64,000 nucleotides of DNA from Candidatus Borrarchaeum weybense. GTDB lineage: Archaea > Asgardarchaeota > Sifarchaeia > Borrarchaeales > Borrarchaeaceae. Below the pieces are notes generated by a model. That model ran no database searches. It was not told the origin of the DNA and was given only the letters and a program-made list of their open reading frames with translations. The translations under genes and the position numbers were made by a program. Shown here one piece after another: positions 30,816 to 40,896 of the stretch (positions within the stretch are counted from its first letter, which is position 1; each line of letters begins with the position of its first letter). Location: the NCBI GenBank assembly GCA_019057385.1, contig JAHQJS010000007.1, positions 384,001 through 448,000 of the forward strand, in the 5' to 3' direction.

Positions 30816-32213
30816 TTATGTCCAAATTATATCTTTAGAAATCTTATTAATCGCGTCATCAATTTTATCAATGTTTTTCAGCAGCCGTTCTTTAGTAGGT
30901 TTTCTCCCTCTAATAGAAGTTCCCTGTGAATGCTTTAGTTTTTCCCTAAATTGCATCATCTGTTGTGTGACAGTTTCGGCTATAAAAACATCGCTCTCTG
31001 GGGTAACATTGATATTCTCAATTTTTTGCAATATAAGTATGAACTCATCGTCGATTTTTCCAATATCTGCGCTAGTATATTTTTTTGTTTTATCAATTGT
31101 TCTAAAAATCGTTTTTATTGTCTTGAAACCTATATCCTTAGACATTTCTGCAAAAAATTTATGACTTTCAATCAACTCGTATTCTAAGCTGGAATTCCCA
31201 ACGACAATAACGCAGAACTTGTTTTGTTTTAAAATCCGATTCATTTCTATCATGGAGCGGAGCATGGCTCCTAAATACTCGGAAAACAATCTAAATCTAT
31301 TATTAATAAAACGCGAATGTGCTCCTATTTCATGTTTTTTGAAGGCATTAAAATCCATATCTAACCAGAACATGTTATACATGTGTACTCGATAGTAATC
31401 TAGTGCGTTTACGTAAGGGGGAGAAGTAACTATCAAATCTATGGATTCAGATTCAACTTCTAGCTTTCTTGCATCACTATTCAAGACTAATACATTGGGT
31501 ATATTTTTCATAACTTTGGCAGTTTTCTTTAGTTCATTTTCCATATGAGCCACTTTTCTTAGAAATAAATCCTTCACATCAACGATTCCATGTTCTACTA
31601 ATGACCAAATGGTTGCAGATAAAGCTACTTGTCCGAGATCATATATATCAACAAATCCTTCTGCTCTAATCTCCAATAAAGTCTCCCGAATTGCTTCCAA
31701 TTGTGAAATGATCTTTCTATCGAAAAGTTTGCTAATCTTTCTGCGGGGCATGTTTCTTAATCTTTCATCAATTTGACTGTTATCTACATCCAATTTACTC
31801 TTTATGCTCGCAAGTCTTTCATTTAAATACAATAGTTCTTCTTTATTGATTAATGTTGTTTTTACTTTAGTAATTAGTGCTGCTAGAGGGTTGAAGTCAT
31901 TTCCAATAGAATGCCGGTTGTTTAAGAACGCTTCAACGAGGGTCGTGCCACATCCACAAAAGGGATCTGCGATTGTTTCCTTTTTTTTCGAAAATAATTT
32001 AAGAAATGTCAAAGGTATTTGAGGAATGAATCGAGCGGGATAAGAATGAAATTTATGGGTGAGATATTGTGTAGTAAAATCCTTAAAGTCCCACTCTATT
32101 TTATCCAGAATTTCTAATGATTCTGAACGACCATATTTTCTGTTAATTAGGTCTAAATACCCTTCGCAAGGTGTTTTTTTACCAAACATTGTCTGCCTGT
32201 CTAGTGTCATCAT
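30816..32213 (-). CDS. Orphan amino-DNA methyltransferase (SPPY, N4C-type)
   Basis: HSYPARF, DPFCGCGT, TSPPY. Confidence 0.85.
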   Translation of the reverse strand: MMTLDRQTMFGKKTPCEGYLDLINRKYGRSESLEILDKIEWDFKDFTTQYLTHKFHSYPARFIPQIPLTFLKLFSKKKETIADPFCGCGTTLVEAFLNNRHSIGNDFNPLAALITKVKTTLINKEELLYLNERLASIKSKLDVDNSQIDERLRNMPRRKISKLFDRKIISQLEAIRETLLEIRAEGFVDIYDLGQVALSATIWSLVEHGIVDVKDLFLRKVAHMENELKKTAKVMKNIPNVLVLNSDARKLEVESESIDLIVTSPPYVNALDYYRVHMYNMFWLDMDFNAFKKHEIGAHSRFINNRFRLFSEYLGAMLRSMIEMNRILKQNKFCVIVVGNSSLEYELIESHKFFAEMSKDIGFKTIKTIFRTIDKTKKYTSADIGKIDDEFILILQKIENINVTPESDVFIAETVTQQMMQFREKLKHSQGTSIRGRKPTKERLLKNIDKIDDAINKISKDIIWT

Positions 32214-32440
32214 TATTCACGTACTTGCTATATATTCTATGTTATAAGAAATAATCATTATTAATACAACTGTACAAGAAGTCTACCGATGTATTCAATG
32301 ATTTTAGCTTATAATTTTGACTCTCTGTTTTTTAGAAACGAGATTATTTTAGCTCTCAAATAAACTGGGTTATATGAAAGAAAAAATAGAAACAAATTTC
32401 CCTTCGATTCCCTTTAATACAAAAGATTTTAGGCGAGACT

Positions 32441-34015
32441 TCATTTTATCTCTTCCCATAATGCCCTGCGGAGTACCTTACCTACACCTGTCATTGGGAG
32501 GTTGTCTCGAAATTCGATGATTTTGGGCACTTTAAAGTATGCTATTCTTTCTTTGCAGAATATTACAATTTCATTGTCAGTAGTGCTCTGTCCTTCTTTT
32601 AGTACAATATAGGCTTTAACCGTTTCTCCTCTGTATTCATCAGGAACGCCAATAACTGCTGCTGATTTTACTTTTGGATGCTCGTATAACACTTCTTCTA
32701 CATCTCTGGGGTATACCTTGTAACCAGCAACATTGATCATGTCCTTCTTCCTGCCTACAATTGCAAAGTATCCTTCTTTATCCATGGTCGCAATATCGCC
32801 CGTATGAAGTTCGCCGTTTACTATTGCGTTTTTTGTTTCTTCCGGTTTTTTCCAATAGCCTTTCATTACCATAGGACCGCTAACCAACAATTCTCCTCTC
32901 TCACCGACAGGTACATCATTTCCATTTTCGTCGGCAATTCTTGCAAAACAGTCAATAACTGGAATGCCTATTAAACCACCCTTTTTTCGTGCAACTGGGC
33001 TGGTATGAGTAACCGGAGCAGCCTCTGTGAGGCCGTAGCCTTCCAGAAGATTACATCCCGTCTTCTCAGAAAACTCTTTCATCAATTGAACGGGAAGAGG
33101 CGCACCACCAGAAAGCATAAAGCGAACTGAACTCAGATCATATTTTTCGAGTTCTGGATAGTTAAGGAGCGCAATGTACATTGTTGGCACACCCGGCATG
33201 AAAGTAAGTTTATAGTTGGAAATCGCCTCAAGCACCTGTCTGGGATGAAATTTCGGTATTAAAACTATTGTTCCTGCGCTGGAAAGTGATGCAGTCATAG
33301 CTACTGTGAAGCCGAAGATGTGGGTGAGAGGGAGGACAGCTATCGTGCGCACCTTCCCCTCTTCAAAATTGAACCACTTGGCGGTCACTAGGGCATTCGA
33401 CACGAGGTTTAAATTTGTGAGAAGGACACCTTTCGGTATACCGGTCGTCCCTCCTGTATATGCTAAAACGGCAATATCTTCTGCTTTGATATCAACTTTT
33501 GGAGGTTCTTCCTGTGTTGTAGCAAGCAACTCGTAAAAATTAAAGGTGTTTGGAACAGGTTCTTTTCCAATGACAACTATATTTTTTAGAGACGTTTCCT
33601 CTAGAATATTCTTCACAATAGGATATAGTCCATCCAAGACAACTATGGTTTCAGCTTCCGAATCCTTAAGCAAAAACTTTATTTCTTTTTCTCGATATGC
33701 CACATTACAGGGAATAGCTATTGCGCCAATCATGTTCACGGCAAAGAAACTGATGAGATAAGCGGGAAGATTAGGAAGATATAGCGCAACCCTGTCCGCG
33801 TATTTCACTCCAAGAGTATGGAAAACTGTAGCAAACTTCTTAATTTGTGTATAAAATTGGTCGTAACTTATGCTTTCATCTTGGAAGATGTATGCCGTAT
33901 TATTAGGAAATGCCTCTGCAGCGTCTTTCACCAATTGATAAAGTGGAATTTTTGGATATTCTAAAGTTAGAGGAACGTTAGTAGGCCAATATGCAATCCA
34001 TGGTTTTGTTGGCAT
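32441..34015 (-). CDS. Long-chain fatty acid--CoA ligase
   Basis: YTGGTTGIPKG, EGYGLTE, TGD, GRKKD, GKV. Confidence 0.92.
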   Translation of the reverse strand: MPTKPWIAYWPTNVPLTLEYPKIPLYQLVKDAAEAFPNNTAYIFQDESISYDQFYTQIKKFATVFHTLGVKYADRVALYLPNLPAYLISFFAVNMIGAIAIPCNVAYREKEIKFLLKDSEAETIVVLDGLYPIVKNILEETSLKNIVVIGKEPVPNTFNFYELLATTQEEPPKVDIKAEDIAVLAYTGGTTGIPKGVLLTNLNLVSNALVTAKWFNFEEGKVRTIAVLPLTHIFGFTVAMTASLSSAGTIVLIPKFHPRQVLEAISNYKLTFMPGVPTMYIALLNYPELEKYDLSSVRFMLSGGAPLPVQLMKEFSEKTGCNLLEGYGLTEAAPVTHTSPVARKKGGLIGIPVIDCFARIADENGNDVPVGERGELLVSGPMVMKGYWKKPEETKNAIVNGELHTGDIATMDKEGYFAIVGRKKDMINVAGYKVYPRDVEEVLYEHPKVKSAAVIGVPDEYRGETVKAYIVLKEGQSTTDNEIVIFCKERIAYFKVPKIIEFRDNLPMTGVGKVLRRALWEEIK

Positions 34016-34316
34016 TTTCAATTCATCTGACTATATTTGTAGTATGCTTGTTTATGAGAAGTATATTTAAATTTAATCTAATATCAGTAGTCTTAGATCA
34101 AAAGTCACGTTAAGGAAAATTCTACCTGAAAATAGGTTTTTCCAAAGTGTTTCAGGTAGAATAAGCTGAAGAAACGATGATTGTCACCAAAGATGGACCT
34201 GAAATTAAAAAACGCTTTAGTTTATCACGTAGTTCAGAGAATCGCGATTTCTATAATGAGTACCAAAGATGCAAATGAGGTCAAATTAAAAAACTAATAG
34301 AAAAGGTCTAAAACTT

Positions 34317-35756
34317 ATGACCAAAATGCAATCACTTTTTTCTCTAACTAGAGATTTAAGGACACGTCTTTTTATCAGCGTCTTAATTGTGTATGTCTAC
34401 TTTATTAACGGCTTTAAGTCTATCAACGAAGGCTCGCATCTTGCTTTAACTATGGCGATCGTGGAAGAACGTTCGTTTAGAATTAACAAATATATGTTTT
34501 GGACGGGATGGGCAGACTATAGCGAGTATCCTCCAGGAAGTAGAAATTATTATTCAGATAAAGCACCCGGATTGAGTTTTTTGGGAATTCCTTTCTATCT
34601 TCTAGGCAAGTTCGTTGCGTATAGTATATTCGGAAAATATGAGTTTGTATTTATTAGAGGGACGTTAGCAAGCTTCATGGTTTTATGCAGCAGTATACTT
34701 ACTGCACTTAGCGTTGTGGTAATCTTTGAACTCTGTAAATTATTTGAAATCAGTGAAAAAACGAGCCTTCTCACAGCATTATCATATGCCTTTGGTACAA
34801 TAGCTTTTGTCTATGGAGTAACTTTTTTCGCGCATGGAACTTCTGCATTTTTACTAGTTTCTGCTGCATATCTCACAGTTCATTATTTTAAAAATGAAAG
34901 GAAAGATAATACAAAAGTATTTCTTGCTGGCCTCGCTTTAGGATATTCTGTTTGTGTAGAATACCAGAATATACTTGCACTACCTCCATTTCTCTTGTTT
35001 TATTTGTATAAACGAGAATTTAAGAACTTGATATTATTTCTATTTCCTTACTTGGCTTGTTTAGGAACATTAGCGTGGTATCACAATACCATATTCGGTA
35101 GTCCTTTCGCAACTCCTTATATGTATCAAGGCTTTTCTGGGGAAGTCCAAAGTGTTCATGCATTTTCATATCCCCTTCATCTTGGTTTGTGGGGTTTGCT
35201 GTTTGGCACCTCTCATGGCTTATTTTATCTTTCGCCTTTTCTTCTATTTGCAATATATGGCTTTGTATTGTTTTTTAGACGTTATCCAAATGAAGCTATT
35301 TGGTTTAGTTCAACATTTTTACTTATGTTGCTTTTGTTCTCTATACATATTGGTTGGTCTGGAGGCGGCGCTTATGGTCCAAGGTATTTATTGAGTGTCA
35401 TTCCTTTCCTTGTCATTCCTGTCGGAATACTTTTAGATACGCCTTCCATTGCGAAAAATCGCAAGTTTCAAATAATTTTCTTCAGTACTTTAGCTTACAG
35501 TATGTTTGCCATAGCAACTGGCGCTGTTACCAACCCAACTCCTCCTATGTGGCCTCAAAATCCGTTTTTAGAGTACAATCTTCCTCTTTTGATCGAAGGG
35601 AACTTAAATAGTTTATTTTTTAAATATTTTTCTCCATATACAGTTATTTTAGTACCATTATTGCTTCTCATCATTAATCTGCGACAATTTCATATACTTA
35701 AATTAAGAAATAGATTGCTTGACACAATTAACGCTTTTAGAAAGGCTCTACCATAA
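34317..35756 (+). CDS. GT-C fold membrane glycosyltransferase
   Basis: YYSDKAPG, multiple TMs, GLFYLSP, GPRYL. Confidence 0.75.
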   Translation: MTKMQSLFSLTRDLRTRLFISVLIVYVYFINGFKSINEGSHLALTMAIVEERSFRINKYMFWTGWADYSEYPPGSRNYYSDKAPGLSFLGIPFYLLGKFVAYSIFGKYEFVFIRGTLASFMVLCSSILTALSVVVIFELCKLFEISEKTSLLTALSYAFGTIAFVYGVTFFAHGTSAFLLVSAAYLTVHYFKNERKDNTKVFLAGLALGYSVCVEYQNILALPPFLLFYLYKREFKNLILFLFPYLACLGTLAWYHNTIFGSPFATPYMYQGFSGEVQSVHAFSYPLHLGLWGLLFGTSHGLFYLSPFLLFAIYGFVLFFRRYPNEAIWFSSTFLLMLLLFSIHIGWSGGGAYGPRYLLSVIPFLVIPVGILLDTPSIAKNRKFQIIFFSTLAYSMFAIATGAVTNPTPPMWPQNPFLEYNLPLLIEGNLNSLFFKYFSPYTVILVPLLLLIINLRQFHILKLRNRLLDTINAFRKALP

Positions 35757-35858
35757 CATGGTTTCATTAAGCTTTTTTCTGAAAAAACAAAAGTAATGTC
35801 AGTTTATTTACTGATATTTATCTGCCCACAATTTCTATAAGGTTGGGAGGTTCTACAC

Positions 35859-36008
35859 TTGCTAGATGACATAGACCAAAAAATTATTGATCTCTTAAAA
35901 AAAGACTCCCGTACTTCCTTTGTAAAAATTGCTGATGAAGTCGGACTTTCAGAAACTGCAATTAGAAAGAGAATTAAAAACCTGCAAGAATCAAAAACCA
36001 TTAGATTA
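35859..36008 (+). pseudogene. Lrp/AsnC regulator fragment (HTH only)
   Basis: LDDIDQKIIDLLKKDSRTSFVKIADEVGLSETAIRKRIKNL, then runs into the antisense of the ligase fragment. Confidence 0.85.
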
Positions 36009-36010
36009 TT

Positions 36011-36298
36011 AATCATGTTCACGGCAAAGAAACTAATAAGATAGCCTTCGTGATTTGGAAGATATAGCGCAACCTTGTCCGTGAATTTCACTCCGAAAGT
36101 ATGGAGTGTTGTCGCAAATTTCTTAATTTGTGCATATAATTGGTCGTAACTTGTGCTTTTATTTTGGAAGATGTATGCCGTATTATTAGGAAACGCCTCT
36201 GCAGCGTCTTTCACCAATTGATAAAGTGGAACTTTTGGATAATTTAAGGTTAGTGGGACATTGGCTGCCCAATATTCTATCCATGGTTTTGTTGTCAT
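36011..36298 (-). pseudogene. 5' fragment of a duplicated acyl-CoA ligase
   Basis: Highly similar to 33728..34015 at DNA level; similarity stops at 36011. Confidence 0.9.
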
Positions 36299-36473
36299 TT
36301 ATTAACCTCTTAACTAACCTATGCAGAACTACATGTTTTAGGGAATTATATTTAAATTTTGATTAAAGATCATTTGATTGCGATGTATAATTATAAACTT
36401 TACCTAGAGGTACATCAAAATCCAATAATTACTTGAGAATTGATGGGGCGATTAAACCTAAGGACGTAGTACG

Positions 36474-37001
36474 ATGACATTCGGAGTAATACGCTTTTTT
36501 AAAAGAAATAAAAATGATCTTAAAATGCTAAAGACTTTTTATAACTCTTTAGAGGAAGAAAAAACAACATTTTTATCATCCTGGAACACAATCACGAGCG
36601 CTAAATTCATGTTAATAAGTGAATATGAAGGAAACATTGTCGCTATTTCTGGTGTAACTCACAAAGATAATAGTTTTAGTTGTGTAAAAAAACAATATCA
36701 GGGACGTGGAATTGGAAAAAGTTTGGCTGCAAGGAAACTTAAGTACTGCAAGAAAATTGGAGTTAAAAAGATTAGAGCTGCAAGTTTCAATCCAATTTCT
36801 CAACACCTAGCGGAAAAAACCGGATATAAGGAACTTTTGCGTATAGATAAAACCGTGTATTATGAACTTCCTCTTTTGAAAGTTTCAAAAATAACATTAC
36901 CTATACGGCGTATTGGATATTTGCTATTTGGCTTTTGGATGAATCTTAGGTTAGCAGTAGCGAAAAAAACATTTAAAGGAATCGATTTTTTAAAAGGGTA
37001 G
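36474..37001 (+). CDS. GNAT acetyltransferase
   Basis: YQGRGIGK, NPISQHLAEKTGY. Confidence 0.8.
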   Translation: MTFGVIRFFKRNKNDLKMLKTFYNSLEEEKTTFLSSWNTITSAKFMLISEYEGNIVAISGVTHKDNSFSCVKKQYQGRGIGKSLAARKLKYCKKIGVKKIRAASFNPISQHLAEKTGYKELLRIDKTVYYELPLLKVSKITLPIRRIGYLLFGFWMNLRLAVAKKTFKGIDFLKG

Positions 37002-37045
37002 CCATTGAAACAATATTCTGAAAATACTTTTTCCAATAGTTCTAG

Positions 37046-38542
37046 CTAGTTTTCTCTAAGATATTTAATCGTAAGCTTATATTTGTGATTTCTATTTGGT
37101 GTATTCACTCGAAAGTCTCCATTAATATTACGGATTTTACAATGATATCGGAAATTCCACCATCGCGCAATTTCCTTCGGCAAGGTAACCCAAGCATCTT
37201 CTTTTTTGGAAAGATATGCTAAATACTCACTATACACTTCATACCCTTCTTTATTTCCAGAAAAATGATTGTCTGGGTGCGTGTTTAAACTAGTTAGGCC
37301 ACCTACCTTCTCTATCCAGTCTGTTTTTCTTTTCCAAATTTTAAGAATCTGAGTTCGCGGTGTCTTGAGAAAACGAAAAAGCGCATCCTGCGGAATCGTT
37401 AAGGGTAATGTGATAAGCCCATTGGAAAAATATGGAAAAATAGAGCAGGATCCATTTCTAGGGGCAGTTTGTGATAATATTTCCGTGTCAGGGATGGACA
37501 TATCATAGTCAACATATTTTGCTACGATCTTCATTAATTTTGTACTTCTTAAATGACTCGGAGACCTAAATCCTTCAATTCTTACCGAAGGAATGAAGTT
37601 TTTAAAACGGCTTATCCCGTAGCTGATTCTTCTATCGATCTCTTTGGGCTTTAAGAAGGCTAATTTACCATCGTGATTATAGCCATGAAGACAAATTTCA
37701 TGTCCTCTCCTAAGAATCCATTCTAGAAAAGTAGGGGTTAACCGATAGCCCTTCGATAAAAAATACCACGAAGATTTCATTCCGAAGGCTCTTTCAAGTT
37801 TAGAGAGAAAAGATACATTTTTCACACCCGAGTAAGTATCAACATCATGTACTAGACAGGCGGCAAATTTCCGTTTAAAAGGCCAGAAATCCAGATAAGC
37901 TAGTTCTTTCTCAGTAACTAATTGAATACACTTTAGAAATAAATAGCGGATTAATTCAACATGTTGAACTATAGGCCATGGAGGAAACTTAATAGCGGAA
38001 TGACGTCTTTGTAGGAGGCCTGGAATTCTTATCCTTATGAAGGCCGGTAAAAGATGATACCTAAAAGGGATCTTGGCATACAGCGGAATTTTTGGAATAA
38101 AGTAATTTTCATACAAGTGATAATTTACTAGAAATTCCGGATCAATATTGAAAAGAATATTATTTTCTTTATCCCGAAGAATAAATGGGATCTTAGATCC
38201 CTCTTCATTGTACAAATAACACAATATCTCATCATCCCAATAATTTTCGAATGACGCAAAAGTGGGCAGCATTACAGAGCTTTCCCTAGGATTTGACCAG
38301 GATGGAACTAACTCTTTTTCCAATTTTATAAAGAATATTTGACTTCCTGGCTCGATCTTGTGTTCAACCGTGGGAAAAGGGTTGACGAAAATTGCTGGAG
38401 AGTTTTTATATTTTTTCAGGTTTTTCTTGTTTTGAATAACAATGTTACAAAGGTGTTCCATCGGTATTTTCCAAAACTCTACTAAAGATTTGCACGCTTC
38501 AATTACTTTCATTTTCTCAAACTGAAGATCCATTATTTTCAA
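37046..38542 (-). CDS. Polysaccharide deacetylase family protein
   Basis: HDVD, HEICLHGYNH, GFRSP, YD, HPD. Confidence 0.82.
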   Translation of the reverse strand: MKIMDLQFEKMKVIEACKSLVEFWKIPMEHLCNIVIQNKKNLKKYKNSPAIFVNPFPTVEHKIEPGSQIFFIKLEKELVPSWSNPRESSVMLPTFASFENYWDDEILCYLYNEEGSKIPFILRDKENNILFNIDPEFLVNYHLYENYFIPKIPLYAKIPFRYHLLPAFIRIRIPGLLQRRHSAIKFPPWPIVQHVELIRYLFLKCIQLVTEKELAYLDFWPFKRKFAACLVHDVDTYSGVKNVSFLSKLERAFGMKSSWYFLSKGYRLTPTFLEWILRRGHEICLHGYNHDGKLAFLKPKEIDRRISYGISRFKNFIPSVRIEGFRSPSHLRSTKLMKIVAKYVDYDMSIPDTEILSQTAPRNGSCSIFPYFSNGLITLPLTIPQDALFRFLKTPRTQILKIWKRKTDWIEKVGGLTSLNTHPDNHFSGNKEGYEVYSEYLAYLSKKEDAWVTLPKEIARWWNFRYHCKIRNINGDFRVNTPNRNHKYKLTIKYLREN

Positions 38543-38878
38543 CCAGTTTCATTGAATACAAAGTTACTTTTTCGGTTTCGATTTCAGAAAATCTCTTTAT
38601 ATAAATATTGTAGATCCTTTATTAGATGAGGAGTGTCATATGAATAATTCTGGACAGTAGACACAGGTTTTCCCCAAAAGAAGTTCATGGAATCCTGAAA
38701 CTGATAAATAATAGAATCTATAAGGAGTCAAAAAGAGACCTTAAAACAAGCCAATCCAGATTATTAGACTCAACGACACTAAACAAATGACGTCTTCGCG
38801 AACTGCGAAATGAAACGAACCCGCAAAGTAGTTCCTAAGTTCCTCCTCGAAGAAGTCGCCATCTTATTTGTGTCTATA

Positions 38879-39586
38879 TTATTTATGAAACTTTAGCTTG
38901 AATAATTCAATAAAATTTTTCAAAATCGATCTAACTATGTATAATGGATGCCTTGCAATTTCTTCCTCGATATGATTGAGTGGAATCTCATAAAATTTTA
39001 AAGACTTCGCGTTTAATAAACAAACTAATTCGACTTCTATAAAGGGTCCTTTTGCTGTTGTAAGTTTAACCAGTTTTTTTCCTACAGGCGTTCTAAATGC
39101 CTTTAGACAATTTACATCATTATAATGCATGTCAAAAAGAGTATTCACGAATTTTGTGTGGACTCTAGAAATCAAATTGCGAATGGAAGGGCGGCTAACT
39201 TTACTTTTTTGATGATATCGTACACCAAGAATGACTGTAAATTTATTGAGAAGTCTATAGGCGCGTTCAATAAAATTGAGACTAAAGGCAAGATCTACAG
39301 GATGAACAGTGACCATATCATAGTTAGCTCGAAGTATTCCGTAGCGATAGGCTTCTCCATAGGATGGAGTCGGCAAAAAGAACGCTTTTAAGTTCGGATA
39401 TTCAGTTTCTAATTCTTTTGCTATGACTGCAGTTCTATCAGTACTTCCATTTTCAACTAATATGATTTCAAAATTACACCCAAGTAATTTCGCAAGATAT
39501 TCATGAATTGTTTTAATATTTAAACGAAGATTGTTCTCCTCATTATGCGCAGGGATAACAATACTTACATTTTGTATCTTATACAT
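38879..39586 (-). CDS. GT2 glycosyltransferase (DPM/DPG-synthase-like)
   Basis: SIVIPAHNEE, VENGSTD; DxD degenerate (PVD). Confidence 0.85.
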   Translation of the reverse strand: MYKIQNVSIVIPAHNEENNLRLNIKTIHEYLAKLLGCNFEIILVENGSTDRTAVIAKELETEYPNLKAFFLPTPSYGEAYRYGILRANYDMVTVHPVDLAFSLNFIERAYRLLNKFTVILGVRYHQKSKVSRPSIRNLISRVHTKFVNTLFDMHYNDVNCLKAFRTPVGKKLVKLTTAKGPFIEVELVCLLNAKSLKFYEIPLNHIEEEIARHPLYIVRSILKNFIELFKLKFHK

Positions 39587-39700
39587 TAGCAGTGCCCTAG
39601 CCTAATGAAATTTGGATTGGTTTTAGTAAGTTAATTACATATAAATTTAATTATCTATTGGCTTAAGTTCTATGCAATCCTGCTAGGTGTAATGTCTATA

Positions 39701-39832
39701 TTATTCCCCCAAACTGACCGTCTTTTTCTCTGTTATGGAAGTATATGCTGCTTCAATAATCCTGATAACTTGTAAGCCAATGTTTCCATTAGTCATCGGC
39801 TGCTTTCTTTTTTCGACGCATTCTAAGAAATT
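39701..39832 (-). pseudogene. C-terminal remnant of a Gfo/Idh/MocA oxidoreductase
   Basis: Manual translation NFLECVEKRKQPMTNGNIGLQVIRIIEAAYTSITEKKTVSLGE*. Confidence 0.7.
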
Positions 39833-39863
39833 GGGAGAAACTTTACACTATATGATCTAAAGC

Positions 39864-40247
39864 TCACCCTTCAAGTATTTTTTTGCCATATGCAACAAAT
39901 ATACTGACATTGGCATATTCATCTCCACAGCAGGACGGAGAACAGCAGTTTTCACCTACACAATCAACCATCACGTTTTTGAGCCCTGCTTCATCAAACC
40001 AACGTTTGACATCATCTCTCTTGAACCCCATCCAGCGATCATAGTGTTCTTTTTTCAGGAATTCGAAATTATGGGCATCTAGATCTGTGATTACTAACAT
40101 GCCACTAGGCTTTAAGATTCTCACTAATTCCTTAATTACAACTGATGGGCGCTCTACATGGTGCAGAAACATATTTGCAAACGCATAGTCAACAATTTCA
40201 GCTTCAATAGGAAGTTTTTCAGCATCTCCTCTGCAATAAGCAATTTT
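39864..40247 (-). pseudogene. 5'-truncated duplicate of methyltransferase 42625..43254
   Basis: Near-identical C-terminal two thirds; SAM motif I missing. Confidence 0.85.
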
Positions 40248-40362
40248 TTCCTTTAATAAATAATAAGCCAAACAAAATACCTAAATACCAATTTATTTTG
40301 TCCAAAGATCTTAACATCATACAAAATACCTGTGATTTGAATATGAATTATAAGATAAATAA

Positions 40363-40896
40363 TTATAAGTCGTGTTCCCAAAGGCGTGGTACAATCTTTC
40401 GAAGAAAGTATTTATCGCCAAATAAAAAGATAAGCGCTATGAACCATTGATCTAAAAAGTTTAAGGATGGCCAAAAAATATCATTTATTAATATGCTGCA
40501 AAGTGTCAGAAACGTTACAAGAGCAAATCTGTAGGTAAAAAAAGAGGGTTCTTTCAGTAGTAAAGAAGGAAAGTCTTTCCACATCGCCTTATTATTGGTA
40601 TTTGGTGTTTCTGTGAATAAGTTTCGCAGGAAGGATATAACTGAAACTATTAGAAATAAACAGCCTGCTATATCTAAACTTAGAGCATATGTAGCAATTG
40701 TAGGTGGTTGACCACTAAGTGCATGCAGCCAAACTTCAGTCCAAATACCCAGAAAGGTGGTATTTAGATCCAAATCTAAAGAAAACATATATTTGAAAAA
40801 AATAGAAGGGATTAAAAACACTGTAGGAAGAGAAAGAAGAATCACGAGAAGCGAAAGTCCTTTAGCTAGATAGTCTTCTTTTATCACAAGTTTCAA
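40363..40896 (-). CDS. Hypothetical membrane protein
   Basis: About 4 hydrophobic segments; overlaps upstream stop. Confidence 0.6.
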   Translation of the reverse strand: MKLVIKEDYLAKGLSLLVILLSLPTVFLIPSIFFKYMFSLDLDLNTTFLGIWTEVWLHALSGQPPTIATYALSLDIAGCLFLIVSVISFLRNLFTETPNTNNKAMWKDFPSLLLKEPSFFTYRFALVTFLTLCSILINDIFWPSLNFLDQWFIALIFLFGDKYFLRKIVPRLWEHDL

